Of a stretch of 64,000 bases of DNA, positions 1 to 15,150 are shown piece by piece. Each line of letters starts with the position of its first letter. Position 1 is the first letter of the stretch. This DNA is from Marsupella aquatica (lineage: Eukaryota > Plantae > Marchantiophyta). The stretch is taken from NCBI GenBank assembly GCA_973895155.1, contig OZ316897.1, forward strand, positions 3,442,211 through 3,506,210. Direction: 5' to 3'. Under the pieces are notes generated by a model, which was given only the letters and a program-made list of their open reading frames with translations, was not told where the DNA came from and did not search any database. The position numbers and the translations under genes were made by a program.

Positions 1-247
1 CATATGCTCCTATCTGTAAGATATTGCTGCAAGTAAAACTTTTTTGCATCTCTTTTAAGCCATCCCTCAAAGGAAGGACATGCAAGAACCATAAAGGTTT
101 TGAATTCATGAAGACCTTGGAATAGGAAGATGTACGGCAATACTACAACCCTAGGAGAAGCTAGGATTGTTCATTATCATCTCTAATCTGCTCAGCTTAG
201 CGGAGGAGCGTGTGTATAACATGGATCCTCTATGTGGCTCTATACAG

Positions 248-3200
248 CATTCCCTCTCACAGGAGATAGACAAGAAGCGATAGAGAAAGCCGAGTCTGCA
301 GGGAAGAGCAAGAGGCTCCCTAGAGAAGTCAAGCAGAAGCTTGCAAAGGTTGCACGTTTGGCGGTACGTCCGTACTTCTCAGTTGAGCTCTAAGCATATC
401 ATTTCCCGACTTCTTCCTGAGTCATAGGATTTAGCTGCATCGCGAAATAGGACGTCTGGAACTCAACGTTGCCGGACTTTGTTCTGATGGACCAAAAAAA
501 CAGGCGCTCTAGAAAGAATGGACCTTATGCTCTAATGCACTATTTTTGTACTTTAGTTGAAGCTCAATCTGTTCTAGGAGCTGCACGTGAGGGCGGAATT
601 TTAGATTGGACCCTGGTTTTGGTTTCTGCTTATATATAGCATTGGTTAGCTGTCTTTTGTTATTGTCAGGATGGGGAGCACCTGTAAAAGATGGGTCATT
701 TTTGGACTTATGAACGTGCGGTTACTTGTTTATGGTGATCTGTGAAACAGGCGAAGAAGGGTAAAATCCCTGATGAATTTATAGAACGCCTGATGAATAT
801 AATTGGACATGTTATGCGACTCAAGACTCTAAAAGTAAGATTCAAAATCTGTGCGAGTTGTTCCTTACAGCATGAAGCACTCCTTGTCAAAAGACCTGTT
901 ATGGTGGTTGAATCCTCACTCTTGAAAATTAAAGGTGGTGAACCCCCGCCTTGAGCAGTCTGAGTGCAACATACTCTCACTCTACGACTTTCACTTGCAG
1001 AGAAACTTGAAATCGATGGTTGAAATGGGGTTGAATGCGAAGCAAGCTAAGGATGTTAGACTGCAAGACATGAAACGTGAAGTTACAGAACTAGTGAAAT
1101 CTAAAGTTGCTACTTTTCGAGCCTTGGTGAGTATGACTGTGACATGAAGAAGAGTAAATCCTATATATGTTGTTGAAACTATTTTGTTCTGAAATATTTT
1201 TGTGCAGGGCTCATATTCAGATCTTCTAGGAAATTCTCTTGGGGTACATATTAGTCACGTACTGAATAAATGAACCCAGATTTGGTTGTATCTTTCGTTA
1301 TTGAATCCTCCTATTTATGGAGGGTATGCACCATGAAGCTATATAAGTGTGGCCAGAGCTATTGTGTGCATATATGCTTTGATTGGTCAGTTGTCGTGAA
1401 CCCATGTATGTCAGTGAACGTCGTTCTACTGATTGAGATCATAAGGGCCCTTGTTCCGGTGGTGTGAACCGCGATAGTTGAGATTAAACAGTGGAGGGTA
1501 CCTTTCAAGAAGTCGTTTTTAAGGTTCTACCCCGAACATGCTTTGGTTATACAGGACGCTGAGCAGCCGGATGGCTCCTCAGATGATATCCAAGCAACCC
1601 CAGGCTCAATGGAAAGAGGTCCTCCCAATGGACGGTTCAAGTGGGATGAGGCCACTGAAGATCGCATTTGTGATCTCTATGACCACTATCTAGAGGTAAG
1701 AGTCCTTTCGTCAAGTTTCCTAGATGCCGTTGACAGCGGCCTTTCGATTCTCTTTGGGTTTGTACAATGCGGGTTCATTTGTTTTGGGAGGAAAATTTCG
1801 TTCCAGACTCATTGTTTCCAGATTTAGAGAGTAATTTAAAGATGGACGTTTGGCCCTTCGGGTGGAGGAAGTCAGCAGGGAGGTATTGACAACCCAAATC
1901 TGCTTTTCTTGCAAACCTTAGCCCAACTTTATGTAATGTCAGATTTGAGAAGTGCGAAGCACTCTCAGGACCTAAAGAAACAGAGAACTGTTGTATTGAC
2001 AGGGGATGGATGAGCACAAGGGACCACAGATCAGAAAACTTTACATTGAGGTTTGGCTTTTATGCATATATGCTGTCTGATAGTTTTAGGGGTTTCTTGT
2101 TTTACGTTACTGAAATGGTGTAAGAGAGGTTAAAATGCTGTCCAAATTTCTTGTTTCTAGCTCTGCAATTTTTTGTCCTCAGGATTTCTATTGTGTGGGC
2201 CTGCCATTCTTGTGTCTTAGTCCATTTCGTCTTATTTGGTAAATCCTAAAGTTTTTCCGCTCACTGAATGCAGCCTTTTGTTAGAAAATGTCCTTCTACG
2301 TACAGGTCTTTTTAGACAGGCACGATCATGTGGGCATGGTTAGACTGCTAAGCTGTCAAGAGAAATGTTCAGCATACTTATAACCGAGGTCTTCGTTTTC
2401 CCAGCTGGCCGAATTGTGGCCTAATGGATGGATGGACAATCATGGCATTAAGAATGCTGTGTTCCGAGCTAAGGAAAGGAGGAAGAAGCAGAACAAGCTG
2501 AAGGTATGTGTGAAGTCAGAGAACATATTCGTGTTCCGGGCCCGGCCACACATCATTGATTTGGTTGCTCTAGATATTGTCGAAAGCTTTGAGTCGACGT
2601 TTAAAAGAAGCTCTTTGAACGATTAGGGTCATGAACACTGTCAAACTGTATCATTCAAAGTTATCAGGGGAGAAAGCATTTCCGCATGTGGGAGGCTACA
2701 AAACTTTGTCCGAAGACGACCAAATTCCCTAAAGATGAGTCCTTAAGTCCACTAGTGATATATAGTAACCACCACTACCCTTTGAAACTTAATGCTGGCC
2801 GAAGTGGGCGCTTCGAAGTACAGCGTATTTGAATTCTTCTCCTGACCATCTCATCTCCCTTTTACCAATCTTGTACACAGATAGAGGAAGGTCATCATGC
2901 ACTACTCTCTTAGAGATTAATTTGAATAAATCAATAATTGAATACTGTTACTAGCAGGTTGGCCATGATGTGAAAATAGAAGCAGTGATGGAGACCAAAG
3001 AGTCCGAATGCCGAACAAGGGATCCAAGCTCTGTTATATAATGCAAACTGGTCTACTAAATATCTTTCGATAAGAAATATTTTAAACGGTACTGCAAGAG
3101 CATACCTTGAATGTATTTGCTCGGATATCCTGGCACATGGAACCATCTCAAACCTGAACTTACATTCCCCATGAGTCTATGTAACACCGAAAAGTTACAC

Positions 3201-4353
3201 TGGGTCATTGCCTGTTCTGGGTGCTTTATTCGGTTTTGGTCCCATTGTCCATGCTGGTCCCTCCATATTTAAAGTTCATTCATTCATTCTGGGAGAAGGA
3301 TACTAAGATGGTCATCCTAGCCTGCAAGCCTTTCCCAAGTGCTCATATACCTGTCTTGTAGCCCTCGTCTTTCTTGATTTCCCATTAAGTATTCGTTGAA
3401 GTTTTTGTACTCTAATCGAATCCATGTTGCCGAGTGATGTTTACCCCGTTTACCCCGATGACATCGAATATAGTTTCAATGTGAAGTGTGATGACTCAGA
3501 AGCAGTCTGATGACTCAGAAGCTTTTTCTCGACTGGCTGTTTGTGCTCTCAGATGGGAGAAGAAAAGAGGAGGAGGAAGGCTGCTTTGGTTGCCGACAAG
3601 CAGAAGACCGACATGATGGAGAGAAAGCCTCCAAGCCCTCCATCTCCACCCGTTGTACTGCAATTGAATAAAGGAGTGACACAGAAGGAAAAGCTGACCG
3701 TAAAGTCAAGTAAACAGCGCGTGGATGACACAAGTAAAGACCTGAAAGAGCGAAGTAAGCACGCAGATACGGAGATCCAACTTTCAATGGAAGAAGCAAG
3801 AAGACTGGCAGTGGAGTTAGTTTCTAGACATGGAGTGGAGTATGCCAAGAGACTGCGGTTGGCTGAACAGGCAGCAACCAGAGACCACAGTATTTCAGGA
3901 TCCAAGTTGTTGAAGCCGAAACCAATTTCGAAGATGGAAGATTCTCCTAAAGGGACAAGAACTGATGACGGAGGTATTATTCAAAGAAAGCTTCCTCGGA
4001 AAAATTTTGAAGGGAAAATTGTTGAGCATTTGGTAAGGAAACGGCCAAGGAATGGGAACGGAGAAGATGACAGTGCAGACACATTGCGAAGCTCTAAGAA
4101 TATACTTAATTCGCCCCTCATAAAACTTAAGAAAAAAAAGATCCGGCCCTCAGATGGTAAACCTTACTCCTCATCAGATGGTAAGCCATATCCGTCCTCA
4201 AGAGTAGGTATGACGCCTGTAAGGCTTGTGAACGGCGCGCTTACTTCTCAAAGTAAGATCAGAGGTATCTCTCCGCTAAGAGGTGCAGAACCCGAGAGAG
4301 TCAAAGATGTTGCCAGGTGGCCAAGTGAAGCTTCTCGCCTTTTGAATGATTAG
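248..4353 (+). CDS. UBN: Ubinuclein (HIRA-complex histone chaperone subunit) homolog, 3' portion; 5' exons lie upstream of the window
   Basis: GT-AG exons 248-363, 751-834, 1001-1126, 1555-1695, 2003-2050, 2405-2503, 3553-4353 splice in frame. They give KRLPREVKQKLAKVARLA-AKKGKIPDEFIERLMNIIGHVMRLKTLK-RNLKSMVEMG...EDRICDLYDHYLE-GMDEHKGPQIRKLYIE-LAELWPNGWMDNHGIKNAV, matching the plant ubinuclein middle domain, followed by a low-complexity basic tail. The first acceptor could be at 247 or 262. Confidence 0.85.
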
Positions 4354-7300
4354 TCCTACCTTTCTCCCTTTTGAGAAGTGAAGGTATCCTCTCTCGACAT
4401 GAAGAGCAACGAGACAAGGTGGAGATGTGTACAGTCAGTGAAAGTTCAAAGTGGTCAAGCACTTGCCGCCAAGAATTTGCGACAGTCCTGCTTCGAAGGT
4501 CTGTGTGGTCGATCACCTCGAGAATGAATGAGTGAATGTCGGTGAGGTTGAATTCTGTCAGCTGTGCATCAGTGACTTGTCAACCAAATGAGCCCTCCAT
4601 CAAGTTGTGCGGTATAGTCCTCGCTGGATGAGGGAAGCAAGCAAAGTTCTGCTTCAGGCACCAGATACTTTCATCTTTCTCAAAGGGAAAGAAGGAAATG
4701 ATGATTCGTTGCCAGATCACAAGTTCAGACTCTATCTGCGTCAGGTGAACTCCTATCTTTCATAACGTCAATAATCTCTAATGTGGAGATACCAAAACCT
4801 TGGAGTTCTGTTTTAATTTAACGAAGGTTTATTGCACATGTAGTGTCGAATATTATGCAGCTTATTGAAACTGCTGTTATCAGCTATATCTGCCATGACC
4901 AGATTTGTTGAATACGTCATTGAGTCACTCATTCAATAAAGAGGCTTTCAAGTTTCGGTGTGGGTTCTTTGCAATAACGTATCAAGAGGTAGCATCTTGA
5001 ACCTTTGGGCTTTGCTCAGACTTGGGTAACTTTTGGTCTTGCAGACGAACGAGATTTATTGCACAAAGAAGTTTTCGAGTGTGGCAAGTCCCTTGGTTTT
5101 CTGAGTTTAGGCACTTTCAAATAGCATTGGTGTCTGTGTTATACCGGATTGGATCTTCCTGGCCCTTTTTATTAGCGTCCACTGAGCAATTGCTCCTTTC
5201 TCTGCCAAAGTTCGGGCCTCTTTGGCTTCCTACCTTCATATCGCATGGGAGGACAGGCACGGTCACCCATTGCTTACGTGGTTCAAATGGGCGTGGTGCT
5301 AGTTTGGAACGAGAGATGGTGCATGGAACTATAACTTCCTATAGTTGAAGCCAGTTTGTTGATTTTGGACATTGTGTATATCTCAGGAAGTGCACCTTGT
5401 ACAATGTGGGGGGCTTGTTGACAGAACAATGCCTGCCAAAATTATATTAAAGATCTGAGACAGATGAACTAATAGGAACTTGCTTTTTCCCAAAGCGGCT
5501 TGAAATTTTGTAGCTGAAATATTTTGGATCAGCTGTTTTGGAGTCTTTCCGAATATGGCCCAAGTTATCTTGCCCTGGTTAGACAGTCAGCATTGAGCAG
5601 TTGATGTTCACATACTTACAATGTATATACAGCTATGGACTGTTGGCCATCCATTTTACCCGAAAATATGGACAATCGTTTTACTAAATCAAGCGGATTC
5701 ATTTGCATACACGGGCAGATTGTTCAAAGTATGACCCACAGCTAGAGCGAGAACAAAATGGTATCAGATCCATGTCAACTACGCAGAATTCTGGGATGTG
5801 AACTCCCCACAGCCAGGGCTCTGATAAGCTGGCCTCTCTGAGCGATCTGTTTGTACAGCTCATCAGGTTCGACTTCCAACCGTGATCGGATGTACTTCGC
5901 AGGGCAATGTCCTTATGTGATTTTCTTCCACTTAGCATTGCCCTTCTGCTAACCGACTATGCAGAGTAGCTCGCTGAAAAGCTGCATGGAGATATTATAG
6001 CTAATTGGGTTGAATTTAATGATTGCCGGCCCCCATATATTGTGAAAAGGCATCTTCACCTGGAGGAACAGGCTCCTAGAAGTGTCATTGATAATTAGTG
6101 TAATAAAGTAGTGTGATTATTAGGTCTACATGGGTGCCAGGTATAATATTGAGGTGAAGAGGCTTGATCTCTGGTTATAAAGGAGTCCAGAACACGCCTG
6201 TACACTCGACACAGAAAGGTATAGAAAGACGGGGGACTTGGAGAGTGGGAACTTGAGAGAGGAAAGAAATCTCTCTAGAAGACGTGCCCTGCCTACCAAG
6301 TCTACGGTTCAAATGAGAAGCTCGACTTCAACAGTGTCGACACTCACAGTGGCACAAATCTCAACAGAAGGAAAAATATGCGAGGTCTAGCAGGTACACT
6401 GGGAAACCTGACGCACAAATTCAAACAAATCAATGGTTGCCCTCAAATTTGATGCTATCAGGGCTTCAATTTCCTGAATCAAGACTCGGAATGAAATTTT
6501 TTCTATGACACAAAAGAAAACAATGACTGCACCAAGAAAGTGAACTAGGTTAGCACCAATGGATTGAATCAAGAAAAGTGAACTAGAGTGGGCACCCGGT
6601 GAAGTAGAAAGTGTAGGCTACTTTCTTTGCCTGGAGGAACACAAGACCAGCATCGGAGTAACAGCGGCAGATCCAACCCTAGAGCAACTTGGTCTTATGC
6701 TCTGCCGATCTCTAAACCAATCGACGTTTCGTCATGAACCCTCATGGGTGTTCGGGTGGTGCCCGGCCAAAGGAGGTCTTCCCCGTCTCTCCTCACACGC
6801 CCCACAACTATAATGGCCTCCGGTTGAATTGCTCCACAAGACACCCATAAACTGAAAGATGCTGCTGCAACTTACTGCCCCTCACTATCGAAGTAGCTGT
6901 TTGTCCCATTCTCTCTTCACAGGTACAACAGCGACCAGGTTCAGTTCCAGTCAAAAGCTTTACATGCTGTTGTTGGTTCTCTGGCACGGCCTTCCTGGCA
7001 GATCTAAGTTGTCCCGTTTGGTTATTGGGTCTTTGATTCTGTGGCATGTAACTCTTGGGTTGGGTTCCTGGTTGTTGAGGCCTTTTCAGCGATTTATATG
7101 TATCAATAGGGAGTTTTAGCAAGTTTTTACTACATCCCAGAATGAGGTGGTTTTGACTGTAACCCACGGTGTATTACATTAAACTCACACTCATTCTGGG
7201 AATAGTTATTAGTGTGGTTAACAAACGCATTTGCTGTTGTTTTAAAACATTTAACTCGCAGAGCCTGTTCCGATTGCTATGAACTGGTTCCACCTTGAAC

Positions 7301-9688
7301 GAGTTGGAGGCCCCAAAATCATTGGGGTAGAGACGCCAGCTCGTTCTGCAGATAGTTGTTGTCAGACACATCACCTTTTCAACGTGATTTGTTCCTTGAA
7401 GTGACTTTACGACTTTCTTAAACTTCCTACAGTTTGGGTTGATTGAGTTCAGCTGTTGAGGTATACATCTTGGTTTTGCCAAATGGCAAGTACAGTCCAC
7501 TATCACTGTTAGCAATAGTGGACAACAGAAGCAACCCAAAGAAAGTGACCCTGCAGCACAGCAACATACTGCCGCTGCCTTAGTTCTTTGAACTGTCACA
7601 CCACACGAGCTGCCTGACCAATGCTGCAATGCCAGCCAATCTCTAGCTGGCCCCCGCTTCTTCCCATGTGAGCATTTGAGCCGGTTCTCAGTGCTACGGG
7701 CTCGGTGTTCAGTCGAGGTGGAACTGCTGGTCGAGTCTTCTTCCTCTGCGTTTCTTTTTCTGCCATCTCCGCTCTCCCCCCCCACTCTTTCCGTTCCACT
7801 CCATAACCAATAGCCAGATTCTCCGTACTGTACCACACCCTCTCCCCCAAACGCCGAAGGGAAACTCCACCGTGTACTGGACTGTGCGAACGAGTACGTA
7901 CTCTGTAGCTGGTGTCTACTCTAACCACAGACGCACCTCCACCTCCGATCTCGATGGATCGACGCCCAGTATCGGCAAGATCCATGAGTCAAGGATATCG
8001 AGTCAAAAGGCAATTATTAGTGGGCGGACAGGCATAATAAATGTGGAGTAAAGAGAGGTGGAGGGTTTGGTGGGCCACACTCGTTGGGCCCCACTTTTAT
8101 GCTCTCCGCCCAGTATTGTATGGTATCTCTGATGGCCTTTCGTCTCGTGTTTTCATCGCTGTGTAGGTCTCTGCCCGATGTCAGGTTAAGGTTTTTCGTC
8201 AGAGGGCAAGACGACAAGGATATCACCTGATGCATATGGATTACTTAGTACTCCTGCAAACAGAATCCCTCCTTTCGGAAGGAGAGCTCTGATGGTTACA
8301 ATGATCAGTAATGACGTTCCTGTTATTGCCCGTTACCATCCCCATCTGGACGCATAAAGTTCATAAAAGCCCCGCTGCAGTTCGGATTGGAAAAGCTTTA
8401 ATGCATGTGATCCCAATTACAAAGTCAAAAGCACGAGAGAATCGCAACCAAAGTGAAGATTGATTTTACTCGAGTCAGCATGCTCTGCGGTGCACTTTTC
8501 AGGCTTTAGTGACAGATCCGAGAGGAGTTAGATACTCAACAACCCAACTTCATGAGCATGGTGACTGACTCAACGTCATAATCTGACAACCATCGATTGT
8601 TGCAGTGTAGATGCCCTACCATGTTAACTCGATGAACACAAAACATCGTTAAACTGACTAAGTTCCCTTCCGAGACACAGGTTTGGAGACTTGGGGAGTG
8701 AGTCACTAGACAGCCCAAAAGAAACTCGAAAATATTGGCAAAATATGTTTTTCCTTCTTGAGTCTTCGGAGTATTCGTAGATATTCACGGCCATTTTAGC
8801 CCCCATGGCAATCTCCAATTTGCTGAGTACTCCCCAACCGTAGTCAATTTATGCTCTACGGGGACCCATGGTTTTCCAGGAACCTTCAACATTCAAGTTG
8901 AGCCCAAAAACCGTAAAGGACGCCAATCAGATGCAAGCTTCCCCACCAAGTCTAGACCTACTACCAACATACACAGATATGTTATCAGAGATTACGTTCG
9001 TCAGGGACGACAATATTGGCGGCATGCCACACGCGACCTGCGACTTCAACCTTAAATTGTCTTAAAAACAGATTACATGTGTGCATGTTCCAACTACAAT
9101 AACAATGCAGGCTACCGAGAAACGGCATTCGTCCTTCTCCAGCTCCCATTGTGGAAAGCCCTTCAGACACTAATACAACCAACGCGGTTTAATTTCTGCA
9201 CTGCTGATAATGTTATCACAAATCCCAAACCTTCCAATCGCGTCGTCCACCTGCCCATGGTCCGAGAAACGCAACTACCAGTCCAGCTACCAGGATGCGT
9301 AATGGACAAGTTTTACGAGCAGCAGTGATATCATAGATTGGGTGGATATGAAGCGGAAATTGGGGCTACAAGGCAGTGAGCTAAAGCGCATTCTGGATTG
9401 TCAGGTAAACAGATGAGACGAGCTACTGCACGCTGTGGTATTCTGTAAATCAAGTGAACACACATCCGTCTATATAGATCCAAATTAATAAACTATACAT
9501 TCTGTCACGTTAATCGTGATGTCACATCCTACAACATTAAAATCCCGACGCACCAACGAAGTACTTCGGGGACCATCATCTGTCACAATGGATGAATATG
9601 AGACATATTCACGGACCGACAACGATGTCTACAGTTTCAAAACTATGGATCCGAGATGTCCTACTCGGATATCAGCCCTCAAAGTAGA

Positions 9689-11243
<1,555 letters not shown>

Positions 11244-11253
11244 CTTGATCGGT

Positions 11254-11762
11254 CTGAATGAAGGAAAACGAGACTCAGTTTAAGCTGTTGCACTGCCGGG
11301 GCTGGAGTGGCCGGCACAAGATACCCTGATCAAAGAATCAAAGCTGAGACAACAACGGGAACACATCTGTAACTCTGAGACCAACCAACTGCTACGATTT
11401 CCGATCCGACATCCCGTACCCGGATTTGCCTGGCTAAGACTGGGGACACCGAGAAAAACAGGGGGACCTATACGATGCTAAAATGTGCCAAGAAAGTCAC
11501 TTTCAAACTGTTACTAACAGATCAAGCACATTGTCCAGAAAACCATTCGAATGCAGAGGGAACACACCAAACTGGACAAGCTCGCACCTGTACAAAGTAA
11601 TGCTAAGGAATGCAGCCTATCTCTCGCTAAAACCACACACGGGAAACATAGCTGACAGAAGCGCAAATCAGCTGAGCAATGGATACATCAAATGCGGAAA
11701 AAAAACCGACGAGATCATCTCACGAACATGCACACATTAGATCGATCAATCAATCCACAAAC
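11254..11762 (-). other. 5'-UTR intron of beta-tubulin
   Basis: On the minus strand, donor CCAG|GTTTGT at 11762 and acceptor TTCATTCAG| at 11254, 10 nt before the ATG. The upstream exon is CT-rich on the sense strand. Confidence 0.7.
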
Positions 11763-12420
11763 CTGGAGGTGCCCGACCTGTCGTCCGGTGCAGCAAGAAC
11801 GCGGGCGGGCGAGATCGCTCCGCGAACGAGCGAGCGAGAGAGAGAGAGGGAGACGAGAGAGACGCAACGACGAGAGCAAGAGGAGGGAATGGAGGTCGAA
11901 TGCCGGAGAAGGCGATCTTCTAAACACAATGGAGAGGAAGAGCAGCTCTGCCCCGCCAGCTCAAATATCCACCTACAGATCGGACGCTCGCGATTGTGCC
12001 CATCGACGGTCAAAGAGGGCAGTGGCGGACGGTCGCGGAGCACCGAAATCCGGCGGTCGGAAGCTCGCGGACCGGGGGGCAAACCGCACGATGGTATCGG
12101 CTGAACGGGAAAACGGCGCGCATTTTGAACTGGGAGAGGGCTGAGCGGAAAGGTCGGGGGGACGGGTTCACCGTGAAGACAGAAAGAGCGGGAACTGGTA
12201 TGGATCGGGCAGGCGCCATGCCAGGGCAGCAGCGACATGCCGACATGGGCAGAAAGGGCAGGCCGGCCAGCTCGCTCGATAAAATCGCGTTTGTCCCGGT
12301 CGAAAGTGGTTCAGGGCTCTCCTTCAGACTGTTTGTAGTGAAGGTCTCTTTCTTACAAGAACCTCGTCCCTGCGACCCGGGCCGAGCAACGCCGGGCCGC
12401 CCGGGCGACCCCCCTTCAAA
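11763..12420 (-). promoter_or_regulatory. GC-rich leader exon and proximal promoter of beta-tubulin with a (CT)n tract
   Basis: (GA)n on the plus strand at ~11836-11862 and a GC-rich block ending abruptly at ~12420, where AT-rich TE-like DNA begins. Confidence 0.5.
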
Positions 12421-14729
12421 ACCCTTTACTAAGCATGTTGTTGATTTACACTAGAGTTGCGAGTTCACCTAGTTCATTTTATGGCTCTAGACAAATTACT
12501 CTTGATTACCTTCTTATGTTATTTATCCGTTTTTAAGCGGATGGTCACTAAAAGATGTTTGAATTTATAATATTGTCATTTTTATTTACGGACCCCACTA
12601 GAGGTCCCTTCCAAAATTCCTGGCACCACAGCGTGCCACATCAACAACAACTGCAACAAACAAGACTCGTCACTTTTGTGAATCAAACTTATAATTTCCA
12701 TTCGTGTTTGTGTCAATTTGGGTGTAAATTTTGGGATGCCGTGCCGTAAAAAGAAAAGTAAAAACATTGGAAATGCAAAGAGCAAGACAGTTAAAACTAT
12801 CACTATGTAACCGTTTTAGTTACATTTTCAATTTTAAAACTTAAATTCAAAAATTTATAAAAAGTATTTTTCATATAATAAATAATGACTAATAACTAAC
12901 TTGATAACTTCCTTGTTAAACCGCAACTCCCGGTATGTAAGGACCTCTCGTATTGTACAGCCATTAATGTTGAGAAGAGCACATAGAAACCCAGGATTGA
13001 GGAGGAGGAATGGCTGGAATCTTGAAAGTTCATCGAATTTTATACTCAAAACTATTTACTCATTCTCAAAACAAAAAATACCCAGTCGTAGATCTCATTG
13101 AGATCTTTCTTTTGCACCTAGATCGCCTTCTAACATGGATGAATAAGATTTCTAGAGGCGTTACAAAATGGACGGCAAAGATCGTAAAATCAACAAAATC
13201 GACGGTTAGGAAGACTTGGATTTGTTTAATTTTTCATTTGAAAAATATTAACCCATTTGCAAAACGGACAGAACCCATCCATAGATCTATTTGCGATCTT
13301 TCTTTTGAGCCATAGATTGGCCATTATGATGAACGGACGAGATTTCCGGAGATAAGAAATGGAGACGGCTCAGGTCGACTCTTCCCCCTGATTCTATTAG
13401 CCAAGGGGTCCACGAACTAATTTTATTTACAAAAATTCAAGGTTTAGTATATAGTGCCCTTGGTTAACTTGGTAAAACTTGTCATCCATATGCACTATCG
13501 TGACATCTTATTAAATATCAAAAAACATTGTCAATTAGAACATCTTTGGTGACAAAGTACTTACCAGCTGCATTGTTTATTCCAGAGTTTTATTCTACTC
13601 TTTTTGCTGTTGTAGGGACTCTTGGGCTTTCTGGGTAGTTGGTCTTGGTAGGTGTTTCCCTTGTTTTCTCCCCTTTACTACAACTCCTACCGTTAGGATC
13701 ATGTCTCTTGCTTTACTGCACAGCCATAAGCTTAATTGGCATGTTTATCCAAACTTGTGAACTTTGATGAGATCCCAAAGTGCTATTTTAACAAAGTCTA
13801 GATCTGTTACTATGTAGTTAAGTCATCTTAGTTAAAATGTATGTTTCCATAAATCCCATTGTATCTTATATACGCTTGTATTGCCACTTGAGTCCTCTTC
13901 AAGCTGGTGCTGTAGGCGTTGAATGTATTGCCAATTTTTTTGAAAGGGCATAAAACTGGGCAGGAAATCAGAGAGAGTCATAAATTTGGAATGGATCCGA
14001 GATACTTTTTGAGTGAGTATCAAGCATTTCACTCTAAATATAGATGTCAAGCATTTATTTAAGTACTGCTCAATCCAGGGAAGAGGGTGCAATTTAACCA
14101 ACACTCTCACCTATGCACTCTAATAGGTCATTCTAAGATGCACTACCCAAGATTTGTATTGTGGTACCCATATGTTTTTTAAAGGATGTAGGCTGAGATA
14201 AAAATGGCTTCTTGTCCCTAGGTTTATGAAAGCTTGGCATCATCAACCCAGTTTAGAGTTGCAGGGTGTTGTTTGGAAGACATTTGTAACAATAGACCCA
14301 AGGTCTTTGCAAGGATCCTTCAAAAGATATCTAAAAGAGTTGGTGACACTAATACCCCCTCCGAGAGTTCCACTGAGCTTCATAACCAGAATGATTAAGG
14401 GCAAAATATAAAGATTTATTTCTGGAAAATAAAGTCAGATTAAAGAAGGTTTTGTGGCAAGAATTGATCTGAATTAACTTTTATTTATTTAACTAATTTA
14501 TCTTAATGAGCTTAATTACAAAGGGAGTCATTCTTCAAGGTAATAGTGATAATTGAATGTATCCCATGCTAAGGTGGCAAGGCAATGGCTGGTTTTGTCC
14601 CTAGAAGTAATAAAAGATAATGCATTAGCTCTGTCAGTGTTTGTGGTGATCTGTCGAGTCGGTTTTCATGTTCATTAGGTTTATCATTTGAAATACAAAT
14701 CTTTGTCAGCTTCCTCTATGGCAAGGATG

Positions 14730-15150
14730 AGCGTTGGCCTCTCCTCTCTGTACGTATAACAATCGTTAGCAATCAACTTGTTACATAGGGAGATAAAATT
14801 TCATTCTTGAGACATGCACCTCTATCTCGATGATTTGGGGAGGCTCGGCTACCAAACCCGTGGATAAGCTGAGTTTGGCCGTTTGTACAGTCCCCGTCTT
14901 TCCTCAACCTGGCAACAAACATCTTCAGTGGGGCAATTCCTATCAGGTTCAGGTCACCAAGCTCGACTCCCTTGCTCTCTGCTCCAACGAGTTTCCAGGC
15001 TGATCCACCTGCACTTGGTCATTTGCTGAATTTGACTGTTGTGGACGTGCTCAGCAGTAGTCTGAATGGGGTGGTTTACTCCAAACGTGAGAATACTCAG
15101 GCTAGGTTTCCCGAAGGTTTTGCGCCTCTGAATGCACTGGATTCCAGAGG
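14730..15150 (+). pseudogene. Degraded plant leucine-rich-repeat (LRR-RLK/RLP-like) gene fragment
   Basis: Frame-broken peptides FLNLATNIFSGAIP, KLDSLALCSNEFPG* and PPALGHLLNLTVVDVLSSSLNGVV fit the plant LRR consensus LxxLxLxxNxLsGxIP. Stops and frameshifts are present. Confidence 0.5.

Noticed and set aside
7174-7985. 220-aa and 129-aa minus-strand ORFs
   Set aside because: No recognisable domain and mutually overlapping frames, so not called as CDS.
11679-12454. Several overlapping 140-160 aa ORFs upstream of tubulin
   Set aside because: They arise from GC-rich, stop-poor leader and promoter sequence with GA repeats and show no protein motifs.
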